From: a virus
IMG/VR virus record: IMGVR_UViG_3300045988_159857
Span: 32,001 to 96,000 of that record
Strand: one strand, 5' to 3'
DNA length: 64,000 nucleotides
Shown: piece after piece, positions 1-8,615 of the stretch
Layout: every line of letters begins with the position of its first letter
How positions within the stretch are numbered: the first letter of the stretch is position 1
Notes under the pieces: model-generated
Seen by the model: only the letters and a program-made list of their open reading frames with translations
Told to the model about the DNA's origin: nothing
Databases searched by the model: none
Made by a program: the position numbers and the translations under genes

Positions 1-1553
1 TCTGTACTCTGCAACTGGGAGTAACACTGAATTGGATATGTAGCTTTGATACCGGAGAGGTCAAATGAGTTTGTAAATGTAACAGAATTTATCGGTTCCC
101 AACAAACTCCAGTTGAAGTACCTTCCATATTATATGAACGTCGGTCATCTGCAACTGTTATAAAAACATCATTCTGGATTAAACCTTCATACCTTGGATG
201 TTTTATTTGGGAGAGTTCAGTTGTTGTGCTTGTATCAATGATACAAGCAGGGTCTTCTGTAAAACTAAGTACTATACCTACATTGTCTCCAGAATATATA
301 ATCTCTTTCGCGGTTAAAGAATTATCTGATTTGTTGATTTCAGTTTTTGTGCAGCATCCTATAGTGGTATAATTGTTTCCGGTAATTGGGTTACCATCAG
401 CTGAAATTATAACACCTGTACCCCACGCACCATTACCCGAATAAATTGGATTTGGTGAATTCTTTATGTCCATATTGACAGCTCTTGCAGAAATTTTCAT
501 TCTTAAATTTTTAGTATTGTTGGGGATGTTACAACTAATAAGCAAGTCATCAGGATAAGGTTTTCCAAATACCACTGTGTTGTTTGTAGTATCTACGGAT
601 ATACAATGAATTAACTTATAGTTGTCGCTTGAATTCCAAGCATTGTTACGATTAAATTCTAATGTGTCATCAACAAATATATCATCACCATATGTCAATT
701 TAAATTTTGTTTCGGCAGTATCAGTATACTTGATAAAGTAGAAAGTATCAGCTTTGAGTTTATTTACATTGCCTGTTATAATCGTAGGTTGGGTATCAAA
801 AGGCATTGCAGACGTGCGATATTCCCATTTCCACTTTTTATTGTTGATATAATTGTCCCAGTTTATATACTTATTAGGAATCTGATTTACGTGGTCTACC
901 ATATTCTTGAAATTTTTGAATTTAACTTGAGCTACAAAGTTTTCATTTCCACCGTATCCCGGCCCAATTACAAAACAGGCGTTTGGAGTATTGTGAACAA
1001 CGCCGATATCTTGTTCTACATCAGTTATCTCTAATGTAATACCGAATATAATACCAACATTTTCTACATCTTCTCCCATTCCCATTAACTCATTAGGAAC
1101 ATCTGCATCTACCGTTGTATATCCATCATCAAACATCTCTCTCACATTTACGGATTTAATGAATACATTGGTACCTGAGCTTTGAAGTTCTTCACCGTCA
1201 TAAACTTCGTATTCTAACTGTTGTCCGTCCGTAAATTGAGATAAATCAGCATCAGGCATTGGAACAGAACAATAAATTCCTTCGCCTGTTGCTTCATTCG
1301 TAATTGGAATTGTAAATTCCCACACATCGGATTCAATCTTTTCGTCATAGAACGGTCTATTCTTAATATAAGCAGAATTTTTACTATCATTTATATTCCA
1401 ATCGGATTGAGAATTTGCTTCACCATACAAATCGTTACCTTTATAAATTCTATGAGTATCGGTTGTAAAATATAATGCATTTGCTGATTTAGTTATATTG
1501 TCATATTCTGATTGTGAATATTTATAAAATTCTACTTTATCTTTTGTTACCAT
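1..1553 (-). CDS. tail-fibre/structural-like protein (N-terminal part; 3' end lies beyond window start)
   Basis: ATG at 1551-1553 behind AGGAGGAG. Frame checked open at both ends and appears open to position 1, which explains its absence from the complete-ORF track. N-term MVTKDKVEFYKYSQSEYDNI..LYFTTDTHRIYKGNDLY; N/T/G/S-rich composition. Confidence 0.55.
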   Translation of the reverse strand, partial: MVTKDKVEFYKYSQSEYDNITKSANALYFTTDTHRIYKGNDLYGEANSQSDWNINDSKNSAYIKNRPFYDEKIESDVWEFTIPITNEATGEGIYCSVPMPDADLSQFTDGQQLEYEVYDGEELQSSGTNVFIKSVNVREMFDDGYTTVDADVPNELMGMGEDVENVGIIFGITLEITDVEQDIGVVHNTPNACFVIGPGYGGNENFVAQVKFKNFKNMVDHVNQIPNKYINWDNYINNKKWKWEYRTSAMPFDTQPTIITGNVNKLKADTFYFIKYTDTAETKFKLTYGDDIFVDDTLEFNRNNAWNSSDNYKLIHCISVDTTNNTVVFGKPYPDDLLISCNIPNNTKNLRMKISARAVNMDIKNSPNPIYSGNGAWGTGVIISADGNPITGNNYTTIGCCTKTEINKSDNSLTAKEIIYSGDNVGIVLSFTEDPACIIDTSTTTELSQIKHPRYEGLIQNDVFITVADDRRSYNMEGTSTGVCWEPINSVTFTNSFDLSGIKATYPIQCYSQLQST

Positions 1554-1573
1554 ATCATTACTCCTCCTACAAA

Positions 1574-1843
1574 TCACACTGAAGTATCGTTCCAGTATAT
1601 TGAAGTGTCTATATTCTCCAACTCTTTTTTAATATTGTCAAATTCTTCTGTGATAACCTTATTTTGTAATGGATTTGTCGAGGTATTCGACAACTCGGAA
1701 TCTATCTTAACAGTTAACCTTTTTATTTCTTCAGCCATTTCTGTAGGTGTCATTTCAGGTAGTGACTTATCAACATTACGAATACTGTCACCTATTTCAG
1801 TTAATGTTTCTCCATTTATAGTATAAATACTAATAGTAAACAC
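1574..1843 (-). CDS. hypothetical protein
   Basis: 89-aa ORF with GTG start; stop lies 20 nt before the next gene start; no recognisable motif. Confidence 0.5.
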   Translation of the reverse strand: MFTISIYTINGETLTEIGDSIRNVDKSLPEMTPTEMAEEIKRLTVKIDSELSNTSTNPLQNKVITEEFDNIKKELENIDTSIYWNDTSV

Positions 1844-1889
1844 CTCTTTTTGTTTAAATCATCAATATTTTATACAATTAAGTCTATTG

Positions 1890-1928
1890 TGAAAAATGAC
1901 CGTGGAAGTTTTACTAACCACGGTCATT
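1890..1928 (-). terminator. rho-independent terminator
   Basis: 10-bp stem ATGACCGTGG/CCACGGTCAT (1896-1905/1918-1927) followed on the minus strand by TTTTTC. Confidence 0.7.
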
Positions 1929-1967
1929 GGTGTTTTAATAATTAGTATTAAACGTAACTTTTTACTA

Positions 1968-2276
1968 TTAGTCCTCTGTGTTTTCCTCGGGGACTATTTC
2001 CAAGTGTTTAATTGCCCATGCACCATTTTCACCTGTCCAATAGTGATGTGCCCACTCTTTAAGCCATTTTTCTTTATTGTTTCGGTCAAAGGTTTTATTG
2101 TATCTTAAGTCAATAATTTGTTTGTAAAATTCTTTACTTTGAATAGAAACGTAATAACCGTTTCCGTAAGTGTCGGGGTTATACCTAAAATTACAAGCGA
2201 GGTCAAAAAATAGTTCACTCACCATCCCTTTAGGTGTATTGGGGTCCGTGATGGTCACTTTCATTCTGTAGTTCAT
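1968..2276 (-). CDS. hypothetical protein
   Basis: 102-aa ORF with RBS GGAAGGAAG; promoter upstream and terminator downstream. Confidence 0.65.
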   Translation of the reverse strand: MNYRMKVTITDPNTPKGMVSELFFDLACNFRYNPDTYGNGYYVSIQSKEFYKQIIDLRYNKTFDRNNKEKWLKEWAHHYWTGENGAWAIKHLEIVPEENTED

Positions 2277-2309
2277 TTTGAAATCTTCCTTCCTTTATTT
2301 TATACTTAT

Positions 2310-2342
2310 ATTATAATATATAATTACATAACTATCAACTAA
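2310..2342 (-). promoter_or_regulatory. SigA-type promoter (phage consensus TTAGTTGA-N17-TATAAT)
   Basis: Minus strand: TTAG+TTGATA (2333-2338), 17-nt spacer, TATAAT (2310-2315). Confidence 0.7.
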
Positions 2343-2404
2343 TTATATCTACAACAGTAGAAATTATTAGGGATTATCAATCTGTATCATTTATAATTAC
2401 AAAC

Positions 2405-3091
2405 CTAACTTTTTAAAGTACTTTTTTGTTTTATTAAACTATCACATTCTAAAGGTGTGTCAAATTCTAGTTTATCTATTAACTTATATTTTATTTGTAA
2501 ATCTCTATAAGTTAGTTTTCCGTTAACTCTATTTTCTAATATTTCTTGTTTTAATTCTTTAAGTTTCTGAATATCTAAATCTTTTAAGTAATAGAAATGT
2601 TTATTATTAGTTTTACTAGAATGTTCGTCATTGTTTAGCGAAGATTGTAAATCTTCGTCAAATACTCCTTTCAGTACTTTATCTTCTTTATTTATTATAT
2701 CAGTATTTATTTGTCCTTGGTTTTCAACATGTAGAAGTTCAAGGTGTAGGTTTTCTACACCTTGAAAATCATCGTCTTGACAAGATACATCCTGTGGTTC
2801 TTCGTACACGTCATATTCATACTCTATCCTACAGGAAGAAGTTTCGTTACCGTATTTTTTAGTTACTTTTAAATAACCTAGTTTAGTTAATTCTTTTAGT
2901 GTAGAACGGATTGTAGTTTCTCCAGCTGCTGTTATTTTACATAATCCTTTTATCGTATAGTCCCAATCAGGAGGTAATGATAACATTAAAGACAATAATC
3001 CTTTACCCTTTAAGGATAACTCTTTATTTCTTAAATGATGATTACTCATTACTGTATAATTGTTTGTTTTGTTAACTCTGAAAACTGACAT
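2405..3091 (-). CDS. winged-helix DNA-binding protein (DnaD/replisome-organiser N-terminal-like)
   Basis: N-terminus YTVMSNHHLRNKELSLKGKGLLSLMLSLPPDWDYTIKGL..TIRSTLKELTKLGYLKV resembles Firmicute phage/plasmid wHTH replication or regulatory proteins. Confidence 0.5.
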   Translation of the reverse strand: MSVFRVNKTNNYTVMSNHHLRNKELSLKGKGLLSLMLSLPPDWDYTIKGLCKITAAGETTIRSTLKELTKLGYLKVTKKYGNETSSCRIEYEYDVYEEPQDVSCQDDDFQGVENLHLELLHVENQGQINTDIINKEDKVLKGVFDEDLQSSLNNDEHSSKTNNKHFYYLKDLDIQKLKELKQEILENRVNGKLTYRDLQIKYKLIDKLEFDTPLECDSLIKQKSTLKS

Positions 3092-3120
3092 ATCATATCT
3101 TTCCTTTTAAGTAAAAAATA

Positions 3121-3233
3121 AACCTATCTAAAAGTTGCAAACAAGTAATCATGTATACACAAGATTAAATATCTTTTAGATAGGTTATTAACAAATATGG
3201 AATTTTATCTATATATACATTACTTGTTTGCAA
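3121..3233. repeat. two interleaved perfect inverted repeats (14 bp and 15 bp)
   Basis: IR1 AACCTATCTAAAAG 3121-3134 pairs with 3173-3186. IR2 TTGCAAACAAGTAAT 3135-3149 pairs with 3219-3233. The core TATCTAAAAG recurs at 3301-3310. Confidence 0.85.
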
Positions 3234-3286
3234 TTATATATACAGTATGTTTTGCTTAAATTTTTATTTTGCGTCTATATTACAAT

Positions 3287-3400
3287 TTATTCCTTGGGAT
3301 TATCTAAAAGTGCTTTATATCTGTTTTCATAACATTCACATTCTTCTTTTGTTTCAAATTCAGTACCGTCATTAGCAATGTAAAGTGTTTTCTTTATCAT
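3287..3400 (-). CDS. small hypothetical protein (37 aa)
   Basis: ATG at 3398-3400, just after the stop of the upstream gene. Sequence MIKKTLYIANDGTEFETKEECECYENRYKALLDNPKE; below the track size cutoff. Confidence 0.35.
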   Translation of the reverse strand: MIKKTLYIANDGTEFETKEECECYENRYKALLDNPKE

Positions 3401-3406
3401 GACTTT

Positions 3407-4114
3407 TTACCCATTTATGGTCCCTCCAGTAATTAATTCCGAATATGGCAAACCTTTAATCCAGTCAATAAAACCAATAGACCATTCGTCTAGTTTATGG
3501 TTTTTACGAGATTTGTAAATATTTGCCAGAACTTCATAATTAAGCATTACTGTACGTTTCTGGTTATAAGAGCTAGGTAATAACTGAATAAGCTGCCACC
3601 AAATCGACTTGTCGCCTTCCTCTAAATACGCCAATCTATAAACATTTAGAGCATCAATTATAGTGTTCAGCAGTTTCAATGAATCCGGTTCTGCGTCATA
3701 CCGAAGGTTTTCTTCTGTAAACAAATGTTCATGACTGAAATCATCTACTGTAAATTCTTTTGCGTGAATCTTATGCATAGTAGAACAAGAGTTAGCAACT
3801 GTGCCGACCTTATATGTGTCAAATTCTTTCCACCAATATAAAGGCGCAGTAATATCCACATATACAGTAATCATTCGCATAAACTTACGGTGGTCTGTAC
3901 CAGCGTTGCGAAGAGCCGTCATGAGCTTCTGGTCATTAGGACCGATTGCTAATTCGTAATAATAATCAGTGTCTTCGTCTACAAAAATATAATTATCTCT
4001 AGGCCAATCTGGGCTCCAACCACTATCACTCTTCTCCCAAGAGTTCATAGGATTTCTCATTCCTCTTATAGCAGACTCCCAACCAACGACTTCTGTATTT
4101 TCGAATTTAATCAT
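3407..4114 (-). CDS. ThyX-fold protein lacking the ThyX RHRxxSxxxxSxR signature
   Basis: TDHRKFMRMITVYVDITAPLYWWKEFDTYKVGTVANSCSTMH aligns with ThyX [39 protein letters not shown]. The later LNYEVLANIYKSRKNHKLDEW aligns with [21 protein letters not shown]. Confidence 0.6.
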   Translation of the reverse strand: MIKFENTEVVGWESAIRGMRNPMNSWEKSDSGWSPDWPRDNYIFVDEDTDYYYELAIGPNDQKLMTALRNAGTDHRKFMRMITVYVDITAPLYWWKEFDTYKVGTVANSCSTMHKIHAKEFTVDDFSHEHLFTEENLRYDAEPDSLKLLNTIIDALNVYRLAYLEEGDKSIWWQLIQLLPSSYNQKRTVMLNYEVLANIYKSRKNHKLDEWSIGFIDWIKGLPYSELITGGTING

Positions 4115-4135
4115 TACTTATTTTCTCCTTTATTC

Positions 4136-4321
4136 TCATTCCTCTGAACAATCTTTCTCTATGTTTTCAAGTCTTTCTAGGACTCTAGTAAATATCCGGA
4201 TAACATCAAAATAATCTTGTTCAGAAAAAGCATGTAACAAACTCGAATTCATTAACTTCATCAAATCTCTTTTCTGTATTACGGAAATAGTCTCATAATT
4301 CGGCGTTATGTATTCACTCAT
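4136..4321 (-). CDS. hypothetical protein
   Basis: 61-aa ORF overlapping the next gene start in a same-strand operon. Confidence 0.5.
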   Translation of the reverse strand: MSEYITPNYETISVIQKRDLMKLMNSSLLHAFSEQDYFDVIRIFTRVLERLENIEKDCSEE

Positions 4322-4575
4322 TTCTTCACATTTTCCTTTCTTATATCATCCCAACCTCGCATACTATTGTATAATTTTATAATAAATTTTCTACCGTTTT
4401 CGTCTAACAATTCAGTTATTCGGTCAATTTGAGTTATAGCACATAGGTAATTGAAATTATCTTTAACAAATCCGTTTTTGTTAAAGAAATCTGCTTGTTC
4501 TTGACAATCTAATTCCCACAATTCATCTGCTAAATCTTTTCCACTTAACTTAATTTCTATGGTTTTAGTTATCAT
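4318..4575 (-). CDS. hypothetical protein
   Basis: 85-aa ORF with 4-nt start/stop overlaps on both sides. Confidence 0.55.
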   Translation of the reverse strand: MITKTIEIKLSGKDLADELWELDCQEQADFFNKNGFVKDNFNYLCAITQIDRITELLDENGRKFIIKLYNSMRGWDDIRKENVKK

Positions 4576-4850
4576 TTTTCATCTTTCCTTTCTCCGTAAC
4601 TACAAAAATCATACTCGTTCATAGGGAATACGGTAAATAGTCTTGCGCATACATTCCCTAATAATGCATTGTCAACAGAATAGTACTTACAATATTTGCA
4701 ATAAACAGCAGTCTGGACTGCTTTTGTTTTATCCTTGAATGACATACACACTTCTGCTAAAATACCATCCGGTTTAAGTCTTGATGAGAGATACTTTTTA
4801 TGATTCTCTACACACTCGGCATAATTTACACAATCAATACAAGTCTTCAT
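4572..4850 (-). CDS. hypothetical Cys-rich protein
   Basis: 92-aa ORF with motifs CIDCVNYAEC and CKYCKY. Confidence 0.55.
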   Translation of the reverse strand: MKTCIDCVNYAECVENHKKYLSSRLKPDGILAEVCMSFKDKTKAVQTAVYCKYCKYYSVDNALLGNVCARLFTVFPMNEYDFCSYGERKDEK

Positions 4851-4861
4851 TTGTTAACTCC

Positions 4862-5119
4862 TTAAAGTTTATTGTTTGCCTCAAAGTCTTTTTTACGTTC
4901 GGGAGCACCGTCAGCGTAACAACATATAAAATGTCGTGAATATACGGAAAACCCACTTCGTGTTACTTCCTCCTCAGCCCAATAACTTGAAATTTCTCTT
5001 TCGCCGATTTCAGTATGTTTTTTCGGGTCAAACCTTCTGCAAAGCACTTTTCCATTATAACCACTAAGCACCTTCAAATCACTTTCACAACCGTACTTAT
5101 AAAACTCTTTTACAGTCAC
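4862..5119 (-). CDS. hypothetical protein
   Basis: 85-aa ORF; first gene behind the promoter at 5152..5184. Confidence 0.55.
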   Translation of the reverse strand: MTVKEFYKYGCESDLKVLSGYNGKVLCRRFDPKKHTEIGEREISSYWAEEEVTRSGFSVYSRHFICCYADGAPERKKDFEANNKL

Positions 5120-5151
5120 TGTTTATCATCCTTCCTTTAATGTTCTATTAT

Positions 5152-5184
5152 ATTATAATTTATTTTTTGTTACTGTTCAACTAA
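5152..5184 (-). promoter_or_regulatory. SigA-type promoter (TTAGTTGA family)
   Basis: TTAG+TTGAAC (5175-5180), 17-nt spacer, TATAAT (5152-5157). Confidence 0.7.
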
Positions 5185-5192
5185 TTTGTTGT

Positions 5193-5238
5193 AAAAAAAA
5201 ATAACCAGCTGGAAGGTTCTTACTCTCCAGCTGGTTTT
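5193..5238. terminator. bidirectional rho-independent terminator
   Basis: 11-bp stem AACCAGCTGGA/TCCAGCTGGTT (5203-5213/5226-5236), flanked by A9 on one side and T4 on the other. Confidence 0.8.
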
Positions 5239-5419
5239 ATATTAACTGTTTTTAATTTGTATACCGGTTCAACAGTTCTTACACCGGTTTTATATATTAA
5301 CATCCTTTTCCGGATAAGGAATGTTTTTGGGACTTGAAATTTTAGCCTTATTTTAATTTATACTTTTTACTATTTGTCCTAACAAAACAATCATTTTTAT
5401 AAACTAAAGTTATATTACC

Positions 5420-5617
5420 TTACCACGTCTTGATATACTTACCGACTTCGACAGAGAGTTTCGTGCTGATAATTCGGGCGTGTTCGTACTGGGCTTTCAC
5501 GCCGGGAACAAAATCTTTGGTAATTCCATTCTCAATGTTCTTCCGATTCTGAATGAGAAGGTCTGCTTGGTACAGGTTCAAGAGCCGTACCAATTCTTGT
5601 TTTTCGGATATCGTCAT
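5420..5617 (-). CDS. hypothetical protein
   Basis: 65-aa ORF. Confidence 0.5.
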   Translation of the reverse strand: MTISEKQELVRLLNLYQADLLIQNRKNIENGITKDFVPGVKAQYEHARIISTKLSVEVGKYIKTW

Positions 5618-5686
5618 TTTCTGTACTCCTTTCTGTGGATTGAATTCACAAAATTTTCTCTTTTTTGTAAGCTAACAAATTTTGAT

Positions 5687-5932
5687 TTAATCGTCTGTGA
5701 GTTCTTCATAAAGTCTTTCTAATTCATCCCATTCTTTATCGGTTGTACCAAATACCTCAAAATATTCACACTCATAACATATATCTACTTTAAAATATTC
5801 ACCTGAAAAAATATTTATAGTTAAGTCCCCACACCAATTGCGAGTGTTGAATATTCCACAACTTGCTTGTGGGCATAGATTTTTGATAATTTGTTTTACT
5901 TTTTTAAACTCTTCTATTCTGTTCATTTCCAA
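5687..5932 (-). CDS. hypothetical Cys-rich protein
   Basis: 81-aa ORF. TTG start at 5930-5932 lies 9 nt after AGGAG; an alternative ATG is at 5924-5926. Confidence 0.55.
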   Translation of the reverse strand: MEMNRIEEFKKVKQIIKNLCPQASCGIFNTRNWCGDLTINIFSGEYFKVDICYECEYFEVFGTTDKEWDELERLYEELTDD

Positions 5933-5938
5933 TGCTTT

Positions 5939-6400
5939 CTACTCCTGTTCACAATCGGGATTATCCCAAATATTACCTATAACCTCAGTACTGCAAGGGT
6001 CACCATAAGCAGTCTCAATTGTTATAACAGCAAGAGGTTGTGTGTTGATAAGGTGATTAACTTCACAAGGTTTTACATTGACAAAACACATCTCCCATTG
6101 TAATGTCTCTTCGTTAAAGAATACTTTTCTTAATTCGCCACTATAAAGTTTTATAATGTCTCCTTCAAATATTTTATTGTCATTTTTATCAGTCAGTCCA
6201 GTAAATTCACTAATAGTTTCAGGGACAATATCATATACCCGAAAATTATAACAAACATACGTATCTGCAATAGGTATACCTTTATCAATTATTCCGTATC
6301 TGTCAGGGTCAGAGAAACTTTCTTTACCAAGTTTGACAAGAGAGCCCTACATCCAATTATTATTGTGTTTTGACTTACCTCTAAATAATATTTTTCTTAT
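5939..6400 (-). pseudogene. YopX-family gene with in-frame TAG and no canonical start
   Basis: Translation ..ILFRGKSKHNNNWM*GSLVKLGKESF..EFTGLTDKNDNKIFEGDII..VIGNIWDNPD matches YopX hallmarks. TAG at 6347-6349 sits where W-x-Y-G is expected. The frame begins at ATA 6398-6400; the nearby ATG at 6408-6410 is out of frame. Confidence 0.7.
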
Positions 6401-6546
6401 TTTTGTTCATCCTTCCAACTACTTTCTGTTTTCAATCTGTTTGTAAAACATATTCCGTTCCACTCAACATACAAACAATTTGCACCACCGCAATTATATT
6501 CTTCACACTCGTCTGTCCGTTTACCCCTAAACAAAATCACTCTCAT
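6397..6546 (-). CDS. small hypothetical protein with YopX-like N-terminus (49 aa)
   Basis: ATG at 6544-6546 overlaps the upstream stop (ATGA). Sequence MRVILFRGKRTDECEEYNCGGANCLYVEW..; below the track cutoff. Confidence 0.35.
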   Translation of the reverse strand: MRVILFRGKRTDECEEYNCGGANCLYVEWNGICFTNRLKTESSWKDEQK

Positions 6547-6893
6547 TCTTCTTCACCAACCATTTCTTTTAATACACAGTTAATATCTGTTGTTACAGAA
6601 AGCCACGCATCAGTTGATAGGTCATCGTTAGAATTACAACATTCTCTTATTCTTTCAGCAAACTTTTTGTAGGTTTCAGCTTTAGTGTGTTCATCTCGGT
6701 CTTGAATAGATATATAAGCATCTCTTGCCACAGATACCTCTTTCTTTAATCTTTCAATTTCCGATTTTTGGTGTTTGATAAGGTCGAGAGTCGCGTTTAA
6801 CACTTGTATATACTTTTCTTGAAAACCTGTATATAGGCTCAATTCAGTTAAGTCTTTTATAATTTCCTCATCATTAAATTTATTATCGGTCAT
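6543..6893 (-). CDS. hypothetical coiled-coil protein
   Basis: 116-aa ORF behind the promoter at 6926..6958. Confidence 0.6.
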   Translation of the reverse strand: MTDNKFNDEEIIKDLTELSLYTGFQEKYIQVLNATLDLIKHQKSEIERLKKEVSVARDAYISIQDRDEHTKAETYKKFAERIRECCNSNDDLSTDAWLSVTTDINCVLKEMVGEEE

Positions 6894-6925
6894 TTTAATA
6901 ATCTCCCCATCTAATTTATACTCAT

Positions 6926-6958
6926 ATTATATAGTAAAAATAGATTACAATCAACTAA
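6926..6958 (-). promoter_or_regulatory. SigA-type promoter (TTAGTTGA family)
   Basis: TTAG+TTGATT (6949-6954), 17-nt spacer, TATAAT (6926-6931). Confidence 0.7.
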
Positions 6959-7058
6959 AAGGGTTTGTGTTTTAACATAAACTCTTATTTTATTTTAAAA
7001 TGTCTAGGTTATTTTACAATCCTTAAATAAATCATAGAGCAATTATAAAGCGTTCTTT

Positions 7059-7397
7059 TCATATATCTTTAAACTCCTCAATCATCTTTTCAATCATAAA
7101 CTTTGGAATATAAACTACACCGTTTTCTTCATGTGTGTCAAGATAAAATTCAAGGGATTCTTTAATATGTTTCAAGTTTTTATCTTTCTGTTTGATATTT
7201 TGTTTACTTTGTTCCTCTTTAAGTGCTTTCTTTTTTACATAAGAGTAAATATCACATTGACATTTATCACCTTTACAATGACAAATATCTCGCTCCTTAG
7301 TTCCCCAGCATTGTCCTTCTTTTATAACAATAAGATGGGGATTATAAATCCCTCTTTCTACTTCGTGATAACAGTCACATTTTTGCATTACAATCAC
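7059..7397 (-). CDS. hypothetical Cys-rich protein
   Basis: 112-aa ORF with CDCYH..CWG..CHCKGDKCQC. Confidence 0.55.
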   Translation of the reverse strand: MIVMQKCDCYHEVERGIYNPHLIVIKEGQCWGTKERDICHCKGDKCQCDIYSYVKKKALKEEQSKQNIKQKDKNLKHIKESLEFYLDTHEENGVVYIPKFMIEKMIEEFKDI

Positions 7398-7657
7398 CTA
7401 TGTTTCAGTGTGTCAATTTCTTCTTTGAGCAATTGAATTTGTTTTATTTGAGCTTCAACAAGACTTTTTAGTTCTTTAAATTTTAACTTTTTCATACGAT
7501 TATCATACTCAATATCTAGTCCAGCAACTGTCCCGATAAACATTATAATAAAACCAACAACCATCATAAATGTTCCATATTTACTATATTGACAAGTATC
7601 AACACTTTGCAAGACTATTGCAAGTCCACAAGTAAACAAACCGTTAGCGTAAAACAT
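7394..7657 (-). CDS. small membrane protein with C-terminal coiled coil
   Basis: 87 aa with two hydrophobic segments, then KLKFKELKSLVEAQIKQIQLLKEEIDTLK. Confidence 0.55.
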   Translation of the reverse strand: MFYANGLFTCGLAIVLQSVDTCQYSKYGTFMMVVGFIIMFIGTVAGLDIEYDNRMKKLKFKELKSLVEAQIKQIQLLKEEIDTLKHR

Positions 7658-7658
7658 A

Positions 7659-8024
7659 CTAATTATCCTCCTTTACAAACTTAACTCCATTGATTTCGAT
7701 AGCATTAAACTTATCAATCTTATCTTTATCAATAGTAATACTTATCTTATCGTCATTTATTTTAATGGATTTTGCATTGATAGTCAACTTATTATATTCT
7801 GGTATTCGAAGAAAATTTGTATTATTATACAAATCCTCATCAACCACCGAGTCTATATTTTCTGTAAAATTTATCCTATCAGTACTAGTTATATAATAAT
7901 AACTGTTGTCTATTATTTTACCAAAGGGGTTGTTCCTCGCGAGCTCGTCTTCGATACCAAGTGCTTTTAACTGCTCCCCAGTAAGCTCAGCTTTCTTACC
8001 ATTGATTACGATATAATCATCCAT
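7659..8024 (-). CDS. hypothetical protein
   Basis: 121-aa ORF. Confidence 0.55.
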   Translation of the reverse strand: MDDYIVINGKKAELTGEQLKALGIEDELARNNPFGKIIDNSYYYITSTDRINFTENIDSVVDEDLYNNTNFLRIPEYNKLTINAKSIKINDDKISITIDKDKIDKFNAIEINGVKFVKEDN

Positions 8025-8239
8025 TAGTTATTCTCCTTTAAAAACTTATCAAATTCAATCAAAAAGTTACATTTGTGGGGGTTATAATTAGAACAGATAA
8101 ACTCTTTATTCCAATATCGTGGACATTTAGTTTTACTATCTCTATAGGGACAAAGCGTATATCCCCAACTATCCAGATAATTAAAAGGGCAGCTATCCAT
8201 ATAATATGGAAGACTATCAACTATAAATTTCATATTCAA
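8024..8239 (-). CDS. hypothetical Cys-rich protein
   Basis: 71-aa ORF. Confidence 0.5.
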   Translation of the reverse strand: MNMKFIVDSLPYYMDSCPFNYLDSWGYTLCPYRDSKTKCPRYWNKEFICSNYNPHKCNFLIEFDKFLKENN

Positions 8240-8492
8240 CCTCCAATTTTCTCAATAGTTTAGTAACATCTTCACAAACATATCCACAAGCTTCATCTTG
8301 CATTATGATACCACAATTTGATAATCCATCATTTATAGCGGAAAGTATTTCTCTATATGCTTGTTTCTTAATGTTGCTTTTATTAGATGAACTAACCGTA
8401 AATGTATTTATACCAAAAACCTCGTTCTGTTTTATCGATGGAAGAATGCCCTTGTTAATAAGAGAAATTATATTCTCTACTTTTTCTGACAT
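8217..8492 (-). CDS. hypothetical protein
   Basis: 91-aa ORF with RBS ACGGAGG; behind the promoter at 8583..8615. Confidence 0.55.
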   Translation of the reverse strand: MSEKVENIISLINKGILPSIKQNEVFGINTFTVSSSNKSNIKKQAYREILSAINDGLSNCGIIMQDEACGYVCEDVTKLLRKLEVEYEIYS

Positions 8493-8582
8493 TTCAAAAC
8501 CTCCGTAACTTTTGTTAAATACTATTTTAATTAGTGTTAACTTTAAAATTTAAATTATAATAATTTATTTACTTTATATAAA

Positions 8583-8615
8583 ATTATAATATGTTGTTAA
8601 TCTAATATCAACTAA
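8583..8615 (-). promoter_or_regulatory. SigA-type promoter (TTAGTTGA family)
   Basis: TTAG+TTGATA (8606-8611), 17-nt spacer, TATAAT (8583-8588). Confidence 0.7.

Noticed and set aside
5240-5420. Possible plus-strand small RNA suggested by two plus-oriented hairpin + T-run elements (ACCGGT stems at 5263-5288; TCCTT/AAGGA at about 5294-5311).
   Set aside because: - The stems are short (5-6 bp).
- No convincing plus-strand promoter lies upstream.
- They may simply block antisense transcription, and the evidence is too weak to call.
6347-6349. TAG stop-codon reassignment as the explanation for the in-frame TAG in YopX.
   Set aside because: TAG terminates several well-supported genes here, including the kinase-HD gene at 16524-16526, the gene ending at 22448-22450, and YopX itself at 5939-5941.
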